This document shows positions 63,891 to 64,000 of a stretch of 64,000 bases of DNA, one piece after another (within the stretch, counting starts at the first letter, position 1; each line of letters begins with the position of its first letter). Origin of the DNA: an uncultured Gemmatimonadales bacterium (lineage in GTDB: Bacteria > Gemmatimonadota > Gemmatimonadetes > Gemmatimonadales > GWC2-71-9); NCBI GenBank assembly GCA_963842945.1, contig CAWJIM010000006.1, positions 32,001-96,000 of the forward strand, given 5' to 3'. The notes under the pieces were generated by a model. It was given only the letters and a program-made list of their open reading frames with translations, did not search any database and was not told the DNA's origin. Position numbers and translations under genes: made by a program.

Positions 63891-64000
63891 ATGAGTTCCA
63901 AACCCGAAGGCGCCACCGGGGTAGAGCCTCCGATCGAACCGATGCTGGCCAAGCTGGCCGACAGCTTGCCGCCGGAAGGCAGCTTTCTCTACGAGCCCAA
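63891..64000 (+). CDS. ATP-dependent DNA ligase (LigC-like), 5' partial
   Basis: MSSKPEGATGVEPPIEPMLAKLADSLPPEGSFLYEP..., leading into the E-P-K adenylation motif; runs off the window end. Confidence 0.75.
   Translation, partial: MSSKPEGATGVEPPIEPMLAKLADSLPPEGSFLYEP

Overview
High-GC bacterial chromosomal segment. The gene repertoire (several Hanks-type Ser/Thr kinases, DUF5916, CocE/NonD, UPF0182, ECF42, DUF4142) suggests Gemmatimonadota; this is an inference, not a database result. About 50 genes can be supported. In order: a decayed kinase pseudogene and a split trypsin-like protease; msrB/msrA; a cupredoxin + membrane-sensor Ser/Thr kinase operon with a divergent porin; a cyclic beta-1,2-glucan synthase; a ~14 kb glycan locus (GT4/GT2s, Wzm/Wzt, two GT-C membrane transferases, UbiA-DprE1-DprE2); DDAH + APC permease; RhaD-type aldolase/dehydrogenase; CocE; cNMP-TrxR; AraC/plastocyanin; a di-heme peroxidase; UPF0182; AKR/LLM; a triple-DUF4142 protein; and a DNA-repair-rich block (AlkB, 5'-3' exonuclease, 2OG oxygenase, Ogt, start of an ATP-dependent ligase) with a YciI/ECF42 pair. 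Many genes carry single-base frameshifts, most likely consensus errors. No rRNA, tRNA, CRISPR or transposase was seen. Three signals stand out. (1) An unannotated ~320-nt highly structured minus-strand RNA (49143-49460) with its own sigma70 promoter and terminator and complementary CGCG-containing hairpin loops. (2) The cupredoxin/HAMP-kinase/porin module. (3) Heptamer repeat arrays that sit inside coding sequences and put the same peptide into unrelated proteins.
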